From IMG/VR virus record IMGVR_UViG_3300043399_000297, positions 180,023 to 244,022 of that record: a DNA stretch of 64,000 bases. One strand, 5' to 3'. The notes below the pieces were generated by a model. It searched no databases and was not told the origin of the DNA. It saw only the letters and a program-made list of their open reading frames with translations. The translations under genes were made by a program, and so were the position numbers. Shown piece after piece: positions 1 through 9,413 of this stretch (position 1 is the first letter of the stretch; each line of letters starts with the position of its first letter).

Positions 1-133
1 TTATGATAATAATCTTAATCCTCCCGCCTGGATAGGCTTGCCTAGTGCTACTCCTGTACCCGATCCTAAGGATTCTAAGAACTTTTATGTTTGGTTCCCT
101 AGGCAAACTATTTTATCCGATAAAACACAGTAA
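1..133 (+). CDS. 3' end of a CDS truncated by the window edge (probably virion structural)
   Basis: Frame 2 is open: YDNNLNPPAWIGLPSATPVPDPKDSKNFYVWFPRQTILSDKTQ*, stop at 131-133; followed by AATAAATA. Confidence 0.55.
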   Translation, partial: YDNNLNPPAWIGLPSATPVPDPKDSKNFYVWFPRQTILSDKTQ

Positions 134-157
134 TAAATACATTATGGAATTATTAAT

Positions 158-1438
158 ATGAGTCAGATTAACACTAACGGCATCAACGTAAATTATCCAA
201 TACCCGGGAAAAACAATAGTTCTCAGGGGTTCCGTGATAACTTTACTCAAATAAAAACCAACTTGAATACTGCCAGTGCGGAAATCACTGACCTGCAAAA
301 CAAAGTTGTATTGAAAGCTGCACTAGATAATTCGACATTAAACAATGATATGGCTAATACATTGATTAGCAATTTATCGACTAGAGGATTTAGAGCTACT
401 ACATATAATTTAGGAAACGCTCTTTCAGGTACAGTGTTAGTCGATGTTAACAAAGCAGATGTGCATTATGGTACTGTCACTCAGGATGTTTTGTTACAAT
501 TTGGCAGTTGGGCTCCTACTAACACAGAAAGTAATGTTGTTGTAAGACTTACTATAGCTAATACTGATGCTACTGTGTCGTTGCCCAGTCAATGTGTAAG
601 TAGTAACAATAACTTTGGTGTAACTTTACTTGAGAATTATGCTAATGTTGCAAACACTGCAACATTGACTGCGCCCGCAAATACTCAAATACTTGAATAC
701 ACATTCAGCACTATTGATTGTGGTAATACTATTACAGTATCACCTATTAATAGACCATTCCAATCAACACAGATAGTAAATAGAAATCCTCCCCCGACTG
801 GGATTCCAGGCGACGTAACAGGTACTGTTAGTGTAGGGACCTCACAATCTCAACTATCAATTACAAATACTTATGCAAATGATGAGATATTAACGTCAAG
901 CACTAGCAGTATGTATATTGATATGCCCGTAACATTTACCGGCGAACTACTAGGCGGTATCACAGAAGATACTACTTACTATATCAATAATATTGTAAAT
1001 GGAAACACTTTTACTATCTCATCAACTGCGGGAGGCGGAAACGTAAATCTTTCTGCTGACAGTGGTAATATGTATTTAAACCCTGTCAGCTATATGTATG
1101 TATGCACTAACAATTTTTCAGCAAACATCGAAGAAAAAGATGTAATTAACACTTATTCAACCGGCAACATCATCAAACTGAGCAGCACAGTTGATCTAAC
1201 TGAAAACTCTCCGATCATCTTTACTGGAAATACTGATAGTGGAAATACTAATATTCTTGAGAATGAAGTTTATTATATCAAGACTATTAGTTCACCCAAC
1301 ATTACTATAAGTCAAAGTCGCTTTAATGGTATTGCAGGAACTGAATACGCAGTTGGTAATAAAACAAATGTAGACGCTGTAGCAACTGTATACGTTGGTC
1401 CTGACATTTGGAAAAGAATACAACTGAATAACTGGTAA
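158..1438 (+). CDS. Virion structural protein (tail/fibre-like)
   Basis: 426 aa, Asn/Thr/Val-rich; two repeats of a 'YY(I)x(N/T)I...TIS' beta module; preceded by a late-type AATAAATA. Confidence 0.55.
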   Translation: MSQINTNGINVNYPIPGKNNSSQGFRDNFTQIKTNLNTASAEITDLQNKVVLKAALDNSTLNNDMANTLISNLSTRGFRATTYNLGNALSGTVLVDVNKADVHYGTVTQDVLLQFGSWAPTNTESNVVVRLTIANTDATVSLPSQCVSSNNNFGVTLLENYANVANTATLTAPANTQILEYTFSTIDCGNTITVSPINRPFQSTQIVNRNPPPTGIPGDVTGTVSVGTSQSQLSITNTYANDEILTSSTSSMYIDMPVTFTGELLGGITEDTTYYINNIVNGNTFTISSTAGGGNVNLSADSGNMYLNPVSYMYVCTNNFSANIEEKDVINTYSTGNIIKLSSTVDLTENSPIIFTGNTDSGNTNILENEVYYIKTISSPNITISQSRFNGIAGTEYAVGNKTNVDAVATVYVGPDIWKRIQLNNW

Positions 1439-1439
1439 T

Positions 1440-1682
1440 ATGGAACATCCATTCATTGATAAATCTACGCTTGCTGACAAGTCACTAGAAGAATTGCAAG
1501 ATACCATATCTGGATTAATGAACAAATTGACTTTTGCATATCGAACTGGTAATGGTCCATTAATTCATCAATTACAGATGGTGATTGAAAGCTATAGAGG
1601 TCAATATTCTAAAAAGATGGATGAGATGTTCGCTAAGCAAAAACTAAACAATCAAATCAACATTCAGTCGGATAAATTATGA
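1440..1682 (+). CDS. Hypothetical protein
   Basis: 80 aa ORF, tightly packed in the operon. Confidence 0.7.
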   Translation: MEHPFIDKSTLADKSLEELQDTISGLMNKLTFAYRTGNGPLIHQLQMVIESYRGQYSKKMDEMFAKQKLNNQINIQSDKL

Positions 1683-2230
1683 ACACTAGGATTGAACGAG
1701 ACTTCTATTTTCACGCTGCACTACACTTCAAAAAGGAGTTTTACGTTAATACCTATGACATTACGTTATCTATGCTCATAGATACAGACAGTGCAAGAGA
1801 ACAGCAAGTGGCTATGGACAGGATATTACATTATCTGAAATGTATATTCAGTGATTGTATCTTTGTTCACTGTTTAGATACTGAATCTATCAACAAATAC
1901 AAAATGGCGGGCATAAGAGTTTGTGAACTACCAGAAGAACCCTGGGACCAAGTTGTAGCAATGGTAGTTTTAAACAAGTTAAATGCTATAATGGAAAATA
2001 GAATACGTATTACTGATATGGTATTGGCTAGTGCGATGAGCGAGGGTGTTAGATATTCAATCGTCAGTGAAGAAGCAGAAAGTGTATTAGCTGGAAATAA
2101 CTGGTGGAATAACGCAAGTATGTCAATTACAAATGAGAATGGTTATCCTGGAGAGAACGTAGTCAAGTTATTTCACGAAGACGATTGGATTAGTTTGGGG
2201 TTATCCTGGAAAGAAATGGGTAAAACTTAA
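1679..2230 (+). CDS. Hypothetical protein, possibly a degenerate QueD/PTPS-like T-fold
   Basis: N-terminus RIERDFYFHAALHF..NTYDITLSM resembles the QueD N-terminal strand pattern but lacks HGH; ATGA overlap. Confidence 0.45.
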   Translation: MNTRIERDFYFHAALHFKKEFYVNTYDITLSMLIDTDSAREQQVAMDRILHYLKCIFSDCIFVHCLDTESINKYKMAGIRVCELPEEPWDQVVAMVVLNKLNAIMENRIRITDMVLASAMSEGVRYSIVSEEAESVLAGNNWWNNASMSITNENGYPGENVVKLFHEDDWISLGLSWKEMGKT

Positions 2231-2232
2231 TA

Positions 2233-2261
2233 TTGACATTATGTTAAGTTAGTGCTATCTT
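2233..2261 (+). promoter_or_regulatory. Sigma70-type promoter, probably giving a leaderless transcript
   Basis: TTGACA-N17-TATCTT; ATG at 2268 with no SD. Confidence 0.65.
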
Positions 2262-2267
2262 GACACT

Positions 2268-2774
2268 ATGGAAAGAGACAAGTTCGGCCAAATCATATAT
2301 AATGAGAATGACTTAATAGACTTGTATCTATCCAATCCTGACATTAGCTTAAATAACGTTATCGTAAATAAAAAAATAGTATTCAATAATGAATTGTCAC
2401 TAGAAAATATACCGGAACTGATTGACTACCTGGTTAGTGATAGTAGCATTGAAGATTTTGATAAAGAATGTCAGAACAATTGGTTTCTTCCTGACGAATA
2501 CAAAACTTTTGATATTGCACAGTTTGTATTAGATCAATGCACTAATCAGGAAGAACTACAACGTGCTGGTGAAGAGTTATTGCTTTACCAAGAACGTGAT
2601 ATGTTTATGTTACTTAGATATCTAAAATACTTTGTAGATACGATGAGGAAACATAAAATAGTATGGGGAGTTGGGAGAGGCTCTAGCGTTAGTAGTTTTG
2701 TATTGTTTTTAATTGGTGTCCATAAGATTAATTCATTATACTATGACCTTTCTGTTGATGAGTTTTTAAAGTAA
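2268..2774 (+). CDS. DNA polymerase III alpha (DnaE)-like fragment
   Basis: WGVGRGSSVSSFVLFLIGVHKINSLYYDL matches the DnaE GxGRGS motif region; only 168 aa. Confidence 0.75.
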   Translation: MERDKFGQIIYNENDLIDLYLSNPDISLNNVIVNKKIVFNNELSLENIPELIDYLVSDSSIEDFDKECQNNWFLPDEYKTFDIAQFVLDQCTNQEELQRAGEELLLYQERDMFMLLRYLKYFVDTMRKHKIVWGVGRGSSVSSFVLFLIGVHKINSLYYDLSVDEFLK

Positions 2775-2785
2775 GGTTTTCGCTG

Positions 2786-2793
2786 TATAAATA
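2786..2793 (+). promoter_or_regulatory. T4-like late promoter TATAAATA (representative of many (T/G/A)ATAAATA sites)
   Basis: Same motif recurs before genes at 6842, 6895, 12334, 16307, 25612, 26674, 36555, 43391, 52159, 53761 and 60745. Confidence 0.7.
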
Positions 2794-2814
2794 AAAATGA
2801 CAAGGAGTTAATTT

Positions 2815-3291
2815 ATGGGTGTTTATAGATCAGCACAAGGAAAAACAATTGATATGGCAAGACTTGCTGCAATGAACGAAAGAGTTCGTGCGGTAGGTAA
2901 TATGAACGTCAACGCTAGAGGTGATACTATTGACAGTAACGGTAGAGTTGTCGTTCCTGTTACTAAAAAGGTAGGAGAAGCTTACCAAAAGACTGTAGCA
3001 AATAGAGCGGCAAATCTTCTCAAGAAGAAAAGAGAAGCTGCCGAAATTGCTGCTGCAAACAAGGCTCAGTCTACTAACCAACAAAAAGTTAAAAATGAAG
3101 TTATTGCTGAACCCGTAGAAGAAGAAATCGAATTATTGGAAGAGGAATTTGAATTAGAAAATGACGAAGATGCACTTGCTATCGAAGTATTGAAGGCCGA
3201 AGAAAACAAAAAGAACTTTGTCGTTAAGCCTGCAAGTGAAGCTCCTGACTTCTTTGATCCAAATATTGATGTAACTACTAAGAAAAAGTAA
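2815..3291 (+). CDS. Hypothetical protein
   Basis: 158 aa, AAGGAG SD, acidic C-terminus. Confidence 0.75.
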   Translation: MGVYRSAQGKTIDMARLAAMNERVRAVGNMNVNARGDTIDSNGRVVVPVTKKVGEAYQKTVANRAANLLKKKREAAEIAAANKAQSTNQQKVKNEVIAEPVEEEIELLEEEFELENDEDALAIEVLKAEENKKNFVVKPASEAPDFFDPNIDVTTKKK

Positions 3292-3293
3292 AA

Positions 3294-3662
3294 ATGGCAA
3301 ATCAAATACACATTACAAAGCACAAGATTGAGAAGATTACTCCACTAAAGGATACTATTTTAGTTCACGGAATGGAGTTTAAAGAGCGTCTAAGTAGGGG
3401 TGGAATCATTCTTATGGACGACGATATGAAAAGCCAAGGCATTCGGCCAAGATGGGCGCAGGTCTACGCTGTTGGTCCGGATGTTACAGATATTAAAGTA
3501 GATGATTATATTATGATAGCACACGGTCGCTGGAGTCGTGGGATAGCAATTGAAGACGAAGACGGCGAGAAAACGATCCGTAAAGTAGATCCAAATGACA
3601 TTTTATTAATTAGTGATGAACCAGTAGAAGATTATACAATGAGTGATAAGGTTATTGCTTAA
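3294..3662 (+). CDS. groES: Co-chaperonin GroES-like
   Basis: PLKDTILV..ERLSRGGIIL..AQVYAVGP..IKVDDYI pattern of Cpn10. Confidence 0.85.
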   Translation: MANQIHITKHKIEKITPLKDTILVHGMEFKERLSRGGIILMDDDMKSQGIRPRWAQVYAVGPDVTDIKVDDYIMIAHGRWSRGIAIEDEDGEKTIRKVDPNDILLISDEPVEDYTMSDKVIA

Positions 3663-3794
3663 ACGAATATTGAGAAACATTTCTAGTAGGGCCGTGAGCC
3701 GAGAATCACTATTTGTTTAAGACTTTAAAGTGAGAAAAAAATACCCATATTAGTAAAATTCCGTACTATGGTCACTTTAAATAATGGAAAAATT

Positions 3795-3965
3795 ATGAAA
3801 AATCAAACTAAAAAAGAAATAGTTGCTCTTGCTGCATTAATAGGTGCAGCAGGAGCAGCAACCTATATGTTCTTAAAGACATACAAATCCATTCGTGATT
3901 TGGAGAACATTGATCTTGACATTGGCGATGATAGTGTGTTATCTTCTCTTTTTAAGAAGGATTAA
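3795..3965 (+). CDS. Small membrane-anchored protein
   Basis: Hydrophobic stretch IVALAALIGAAGAATYMFL; start uncertain (3768 or 3795). Confidence 0.55.
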   Translation: MKNQTKKEIVALAALIGAAGAATYMFLKTYKSIRDLENIDLDIGDDSVLSSLFKKD

Positions 3966-3968
3966 TCA

Positions 3969-4892
3969 GTGAAGAATCGGTTGTGGGTTGAGAAATATCG
4001 CCCATCTAAAATAGATGATTATGTGTTTGTTGACGATAGACAAAAGAACACAGTTGAGCAGTGGATCAAAGACGAGTCTATTCCCCATCTATTGCTTTCA
4101 GGCGATCCCGGCACAGGTAAAACTACATTAGCTAAGGTTCTTATCAATGAACTTAATGTAGAAGACTTTGACGTTCTAGAAATCAATGCTAGTAGAGAAA
4201 ATGGCATTGACAACCTTAGAGAAAAAATCAATGGCTTTGTGCAGACTATGCCTTTCGGCAAGTTCAAGGTTGTTTTGTTAGACGAAGCTGACTATCTTAC
4301 TCAGCCAGCACAGGCAGCATTGCGTAATGATATGGAAGCATATCACGAAACAGTCAGATACATTTTAACTTGTAACTATCAGCACAAAATTATTCCTGCG
4401 TTGAAAAGTCGTTGTCACGAATTCCATATCGCAAAGCCCGATATCACGGAATACACAACTCGTGCCGCTACTGTTCTTATAAACGAAAACATTGAGTTTG
4501 ATCTAGATGACCTTGACACATATGTTCGTGCCTGTTATCCCGATCTAAGAAAGTGTTTGAATCAGTTACAGCAGAATAGCATCACTGGTTCTCTTGCCAA
4601 GCCACAGTCAACTGGTAGTGGCGAAGATGAACTATTGGTCGCTGCTACAGAATTGTTCAAGAGTGGTAAGATTCTTGAAGGTCGTCAGCAATTGTTACAA
4701 TATATCAGTCTATATCCAACTCGGGTAGAAGATGTGGTAAGATGGGCATATGACAATCTTGATCTTTGGGGTAAGACTCAAGAGAGCAAAGATGCTTCAA
4801 TTGTGATCATTCGCAATACGTTAGCAAACCTGCCCTTAGTAGGGATACCTGAAATAAGCATTGCGGCCATGATGGTTGAATTATGTAGCTAA
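3969..4892 (+). CDS. Clamp loader ATPase subunit (RFC small / gp44-like)
   Basis: [17 protein letters not shown] Walker A, LLDEAD Walker B, SRC motif. Confidence 0.92.
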   Translation: MKNRLWVEKYRPSKIDDYVFVDDRQKNTVEQWIKDESIPHLLLSGDPGTGKTTLAKVLINELNVEDFDVLEINASRENGIDNLREKINGFVQTMPFGKFKVVLLDEADYLTQPAQAALRNDMEAYHETVRYILTCNYQHKIIPALKSRCHEFHIAKPDITEYTTRAATVLINENIEFDLDDLDTYVRACYPDLRKCLNQLQQNSITGSLAKPQSTGSGEDELLVAATELFKSGKILEGRQQLLQYISLYPTRVEDVVRWAYDNLDLWGKTQESKDASIVIIRNTLANLPLVGIPEISIAAMMVELCS

Positions 4893-5552
4893 TTCCCAAC
4901 CCTTGACTGATTTGTAATATTTTGTGCGGTTGACCAAATTATAAATATTACTGGCTGAGGCACTGATGTAATTACAGAAATCGTATTTTGTCATGGTAAC
5001 TACTTCTTGAGTTTCTTTGTTTCTAAATGAATATAAAGTGTGATCATATTGGTGGTTACCGGCACCTGTTCTATTTCTACTTCTAGTCGCTCGTACTTCC
5101 GGAGAACTCATACGCTTCTTAAACGCCTCACGACTTTTTTGGCTTTTTGCAGGGTGTCTTTCACCCAAAGACAGCATTCTCTCGGATTGCAGTGTTCGGT
5201 ATTTTTCTAATTTGTTGTGACTGTTCTCGCCTGATATTCTTAGAATATGCTCTTCGGTATGCTTATATCCGCTACATCCGTCTCCACCGTCGGTGAGATT
5301 TCGTAGTATGCCGGTGTCATTATCTACTCTACCGTACCATCGTATCATCCGTCTTTCTAACGCAAACGCTCCGGTTTCGGTGAGATTTTGTTCAAGAAAT
5401 ACAATTCTTGAAAGGTCATCTGGAACCTTAAGTTTTCCGTGATTAGCAAACGCTCGGTTCCCGTTGCCTTTTCCTATGTAATAAGGGGTTCCTGCTTTAG
5501 CTGTAGTTGAGTCATTTTTTCGTAGATATGCGTAGACATAATAAATATTCAT
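4881..5552 (-). CDS. GIY-YIG-type free-standing homing endonuclease
   Basis: [33 protein letters not shown] followed by NUMOD3-like KHTEE. Confidence 0.8.
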   Translation of the reverse strand: MNIYYVYAYLRKNDSTTAKAGTPYYIGKGNGNRAFANHGKLKVPDDLSRIVFLEQNLTETGAFALERRMIRWYGRVDNDTGILRNLTDGGDGCSGYKHTEEHILRISGENSHNKLEKYRTLQSERMLSLGERHPAKSQKSREAFKKRMSSPEVRATRSRNRTGAGNHQYDHTLYSFRNKETQEVVTMTKYDFCNYISASASNIYNLVNRTKYYKSVKGWELAT

Positions 5553-5618
5553 GCTGATTCTCCTTAACAGAATTAGAGTGAGTAGGAATGCCAGTTCCGT
5601 GACTCACAACTATTTATA
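5541..5618. ncRNA. Conserved two-hairpin element copy A between convergent late promoters
   Basis: +ATAAATA 5541-5547; CTGATTCT-ccttaac-AGAATTAG; GTGAGT-A-GGAA-tgccag-TTCC-gTg-ACTCAC; -TATAAATA 5611-5618; homologous to three other copies. Confidence 0.75.
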
Positions 5619-5631
5619 CTAGGAGGTTATT

Positions 5632-5946
5632 ATCCGTTACTTATTGATTAGTTTCCTCAGAAAGATGGGTGGACAGATTGACGAAATGGTCAGTGTTGGC
5701 AAAAGAGTTCGTGATAGTGATAAGATCAATGCTAATGTCATTCTTGACTTTGCTGATAAAAAGATTATTAAGTGTATCATTGAGGGCAATGAACACGACT
5801 CTACCTTTGAGCAACTAAGAGATTATTATTATAAGGTCTATCCTAACTTAATTGATCAGTTAGAGCGTGAGGCTAATATTACTGCAATGCAAGAGCAGCC
5901 AATGAATAGACAGCAGCGTAGAGCGCAAGAAAGTAAAAAGAAGTAA
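5632..5946 (+). CDS. Hypothetical protein (start uncertain: ATC at 5632 or TTG at 5644)
   Basis: AGGAGG at 5621-5626; open frame IRYLLISFLRKMGGQIDE... Confidence 0.65.
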   Translation: MRYLLISFLRKMGGQIDEMVSVGKRVRDSDKINANVILDFADKKIIKCIIEGNEHDSTFEQLRDYYYKVYPNLIDQLEREANITAMQEQPMNRQQRRAQESKKK

Positions 5947-5970
5947 ATGGGGCTTTCGCCCCATTTACTT
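5941..5970. terminator. Bidirectional intrinsic terminator
   Basis: AAGTAAATGGGGC-TTTC-GCCCCATTTACTT between convergent genes. Confidence 0.8.
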
Positions 5971-6743
5971 TATGAATACATATTCAATATGTGTTCAATA
6001 ATTTCGTGACGCCTAATATCCTTATTAGTAAATTCACAAGATACCATACCTGGCACACGATACTCTATAATTTTAGATTTCAAATCTAATAATCCGTTGT
6101 CGGGAGTTTTTCTGTCGGTTTGTTCAACGTCGCCAGTAATGACAATCTTACTGCCCTCACCAATTCTTGTCATTAGCATTTTCATCTGACTAGGCGTTGC
6201 ATTCTGGGCTTCATCCAGAATAATCCAACTGTGCTTAAAGTTACGGCCTCTGCAAAAGGCTAGTGGGGTTATTTCAATAACTTGTTCATCTATCATATAC
6301 TCCAATTCTTTAGTTGAGTAAAACTCTTTCAAAACATCAAACAATGGTCTGACCCACGGTTCCATCTTTGAGTTCAAGTCGCCGGGTAAGAACCCGTGCT
6401 TTTCATCATCAACAGCAACCGCGGGTCTTGTTAGTAGAATCTTGTCACACTGACCACTACGCATAGCTTGAATTGCTGCAAGCATTGCAAGATATGTTTT
6501 ACCAGTTCCCGCAGGGCCACTCACCACGACTATATCTGTGTCAGGGTCAGTTAATGCGATTATATATTTTTCCTGATTTACCGATTGCGGTATTAGTTCG
6601 ATGGACTTTTTGGTCCTCTTGGGACTGGCTTGATTGAAGTCAATTGTCTTTGATTCATTACTATAGAAAGGTTTACTTTCATAATCTTTTTTCTGTGTGT
6701 ATCGTGTGTCTTTTCTTAGTGCGCTTGTTTTTCTCTTTGTCAA
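5970..6743 (-). CDS. phoH: PhoH-like ATPase
   Basis: GPAGTGKT, LTRPAV, GFLPG, RGRNF, DEAQN, GDVEQTD; likely TTG start at 6743 after AGGAGA. Confidence 0.92.
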   Translation of the reverse strand: MTKRKTSALRKDTRYTQKKDYESKPFYSNESKTIDFNQASPKRTKKSIELIPQSVNQEKYIIALTDPDTDIVVVSGPAGTGKTYLAMLAAIQAMRSGQCDKILLTRPAVAVDDEKHGFLPGDLNSKMEPWVRPLFDVLKEFYSTKELEYMIDEQVIEITPLAFCRGRNFKHSWIILDEAQNATPSQMKMLMTRIGEGSKIVITGDVEQTDRKTPDNGLLDLKSKIIEYRVPGMVSCEFTNKDIRRHEIIEHILNMYS

Positions 6744-6907
6744 GTATGGTCTCCTGATACCGTTTGAAAGCATTTGCTCTCAAACTTACTTAGATAGGGG
6801 ATAATGAGTAAACTATGAGTATGTGAAAAATAGTTTCCTATGATAAATATAAAGCTTATTGCTAAAGTTGTTTCCTTCTTATTATAGCTGGAGAGATAAA
6901 TACATAT

Positions 6908-7528
6908 ATGACTACTTTACCAGCAGATAAATTCTTTAACGATATTGACTTCGTTTCTATTGTAGATACTATCAAGGGTGTCTATATGAGCGACGGATCT
7001 ATGTCCACATTACTCGATTTTGAACGAGTATTAGATGAAGCCGACTTGTATGCCTTTAAAAATTGGATCGTCGGTGAATTAGTTGATGGTCCAGTTATCG
7101 GACGATACAATTGCAAATGCACATTCATGTGGCCATACAAGTTAATGCCAGACCCTAGAGGGGCATTACGTTTGGTAAACATAGGGTGCAAAGTTACATT
7201 TGGTAAAGGTAAAATCAAAGTTCCCGTTCAAGTTAAAGACTATGAAGACTTTGAGCCCGGTACAAGATATCCTAAGTGGAAAGAACATAAAGTTTGGTTC
7301 ATAGAGATTGTAGTACCTGCTGACTTAATGGATGACATTAAAGAAGGTTCTATTGATCTTGCTGACCAGTCTATTGACTTAAGTGAAATTGAAGACGCAT
7401 ACGATGAAGACCTAGACGATTCAACTAAAGAAGATGCAGGATCAGACACACAAGCAGAAGAAAATCAGCCACTAGGCGGAGCTCCTGGTGAAATGGCAGC
7501 GCCCGGTCCAGAAATGGGGATGATGTAA
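6908..7528 (+). CDS. Hypothetical late protein
   Basis: 206 aa; GATAAATA 5 nt upstream. Confidence 0.75.
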   Translation: MTTLPADKFFNDIDFVSIVDTIKGVYMSDGSMSTLLDFERVLDEADLYAFKNWIVGELVDGPVIGRYNCKCTFMWPYKLMPDPRGALRLVNIGCKVTFGKGKIKVPVQVKDYEDFEPGTRYPKWKEHKVWFIEIVVPADLMDDIKEGSIDLADQSIDLSEIEDAYDEDLDDSTKEDAGSDTQAEENQPLGGAPGEMAAPGPEMGMM

Positions 7529-7529
7529 T

Positions 7530-8054
7530 ATGAGCCTAGATTACATGGACCTTGAAGGTCAACTTAAAGACACTATTACAGTTGATGAGTATGCTGCTAA
7601 GATGGGTGAAGACAAAGATATTATCACCATAACATTTACTACTAATTCAAAATTAGCAGCAGAAGATTTAGTAACTTGGTTTGAATTGGGATATAAATTT
7701 GTTTTAGATGCAAGCGTCAGCGATGGTGAAATCGAACCCGGACAATGGTTAGTATTTGTTGAAATCAAACGTAGAAGTAAAGCTCCAGAACAAATAATTA
7801 GTTTGTTGACGGACCTAGAAACATTAACTGGTTATAAACTCAAAGATTGGAATATAATCATTGATGATGAAGAATATGACGCAGATGAGCATTTACTTCA
7901 TCAAACTATGATATTAAATCCAAACGAATACAAAAAAGATGATGAAGTAGAAGAAGAACTTAATGAGTTCAGAACAATTGCCGGACTAGATGTAGAATCG
8001 GTATACGAAGATGATGGACTTATTCAAAATATGAAAGAAATAGCGGGAATATAA
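7530..8054 (+). CDS. Hypothetical acidic protein
   Basis: 174 aa ORF in the operon. Confidence 0.75.
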   Translation: MSLDYMDLEGQLKDTITVDEYAAKMGEDKDIITITFTTNSKLAAEDLVTWFELGYKFVLDASVSDGEIEPGQWLVFVEIKRRSKAPEQIISLLTDLETLTGYKLKDWNIIIDDEEYDADEHLLHQTMILNPNEYKKDDEVEEELNEFRTIAGLDVESVYEDDGLIQNMKEIAGI

Positions 8055-8056
8055 TT

Positions 8057-8563
8057 ATGTGGTTAGCTCAGCAAAATACTAGCGAGGAACTTCAATTAGT
8101 CGCAAGAAACGATGAACACGAAGAATCGATGACCGGAGATTTAAACTTTATGGCACAGGTACAGCAAAGAAATCAAGAAGCTAACCAACTTATGAATTTA
8201 AACAACGCCGCTTTAACTCAAGCTGGCGACAATGCTGCACAGAATGCAGATGTTTTGGTTGCGAATGACAACGAAGACTGGATCAACAAAAAATGGCGAC
8301 CAGCAATGGGCTGGATGTATATGGCAGTCTGTATTTGCGACTTCATTATTTTCCCCATACTATGGTCTATATTACAAGTCGTAAGCAAGGGTAGTGTAAC
8401 TACTCCCTGGCAACCAATTAGTTTGCAAGGTGCTGGGTTATTCCACGTTGCAATGGGTGCTGTCCTAGGTATCGCTGCATATGGTCGCACTAAGGAAAAA
8501 ATCGAAGGTGTAACTCAGGTTACCACTACAGTAAATTCTGCTCCTAGCACATCATTAAAATAA
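8057..8563 (+). CDS. Holin-like membrane protein (GTA 3TM holin family-like)
   Basis: KWRPAMGWMYMAVCICDFIIFPILW...GAVLGIAAYGRTKEK. Confidence 0.65.
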   Translation: MWLAQQNTSEELQLVARNDEHEESMTGDLNFMAQVQQRNQEANQLMNLNNAALTQAGDNAAQNADVLVANDNEDWINKKWRPAMGWMYMAVCICDFIIFPILWSILQVVSKGSVTTPWQPISLQGAGLFHVAMGAVLGIAAYGRTKEKIEGVTQVTTTVNSAPSTSLK

Positions 8564-8566
8564 TTC

Positions 8567-8595
8567 TTGACATTTAACATACTATGTGTTAAATA
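8567..8595 (+). promoter_or_regulatory. Sigma70-type promoter with overlapping inverted repeat
   Basis: TTGACA-N17-TAAATA; ATTTAACA-N7-TGTTAAAT at 8572-8594. Confidence 0.55.
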
Positions 8596-8600
8596 TGATT

Positions 8601-9401
8601 ATGGATCATTATAACACACTAGGTGTCCCCAAGGATGCCTCGCCAGATCAAATTAAAAAAGCATATCGTAAACTTGCAATGGAGCATCATCCTGACAAGG
8701 GAGGTGATGTTAGTAAGTTCCAAGAAATAACTAACGCATATGAAACATTAAGTGATCCTCAAAAGCGAGCAGAATACGACAACCCACAACAACATAATAT
8801 ATTCAACCAGCATCCGGGAGGGTTCAGCTTTAATGTAAATGGGTTCGATCTTGATGGATTATTCAGTCAGGTATTCGGCAGGGGCGGAGACTTTAGACAA
8901 CAACCTAGACAGCAGGTTTATAGAACAAAAGTTCAAGTATCATTATTAGATGCATATAATGGAAACGATCACACCCTACAATTAAATACCGGCAACGTGC
9001 AAAAAATAATCAACGTAAAAATTCCTTTGGGAGTGCAAACAGGAGAATCACTTAGGCTCGATAATGTAATTGATAACGCACAACTTATTGTTGAGTTTTA
9101 TGTGTTGCCGGATCATAGATTTGAAAGGCACGGAAATGATTTGTATTCAATACAACCAATATCAGTATTGGACCTAATAGTAGGGACGCAAGTAGATATT
9201 AATACTATCAATGGTAAAACATTAAAAATTACGATTAAGCCAGGAACGCAGCCCACACAACATATACGAGTTCCCGGATATGGAATGCCACTTAGAAATG
9301 GGACTTTTGGTGACCAAATACTATTGCTAAAACCCTTCGTTCCTGATAATATACCAACTGAAGTCATAGAGACTATCAAACAACACCAAATAAATACTTA
9401 A
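8601..9401 (+). CDS. dnaJ: DnaJ/CbpA-type co-chaperone (no Zn finger)
   Basis: J domain with HPD motif (MEHHPDKGG), G/F region, C-terminal DnaJ_C (FERHGNDL). Confidence 0.9.
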   Translation: MDHYNTLGVPKDASPDQIKKAYRKLAMEHHPDKGGDVSKFQEITNAYETLSDPQKRAEYDNPQQHNIFNQHPGGFSFNVNGFDLDGLFSQVFGRGGDFRQQPRQQVYRTKVQVSLLDAYNGNDHTLQLNTGNVQKIINVKIPLGVQTGESLRLDNVIDNAQLIVEFYVLPDHRFERHGNDLYSIQPISVLDLIVGTQVDINTINGKTLKITIKPGTQPTQHIRVPGYGMPLRNGTFGDQILLLKPFVPDNIPTEVIETIKQHQINT

Positions 9402-9413
9402 AAGGAAAATACA

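Noticed and set aside
3663-3767. Structured RNA in the groES downstream intergenic region
   Set aside because: Only a 3-bp GGC/GCC stem; no second copy or covariation evidence
8572-8594. CIRCE element
   Set aside because: Does not match TTAGCACTC-N9-GAGTGCTAA
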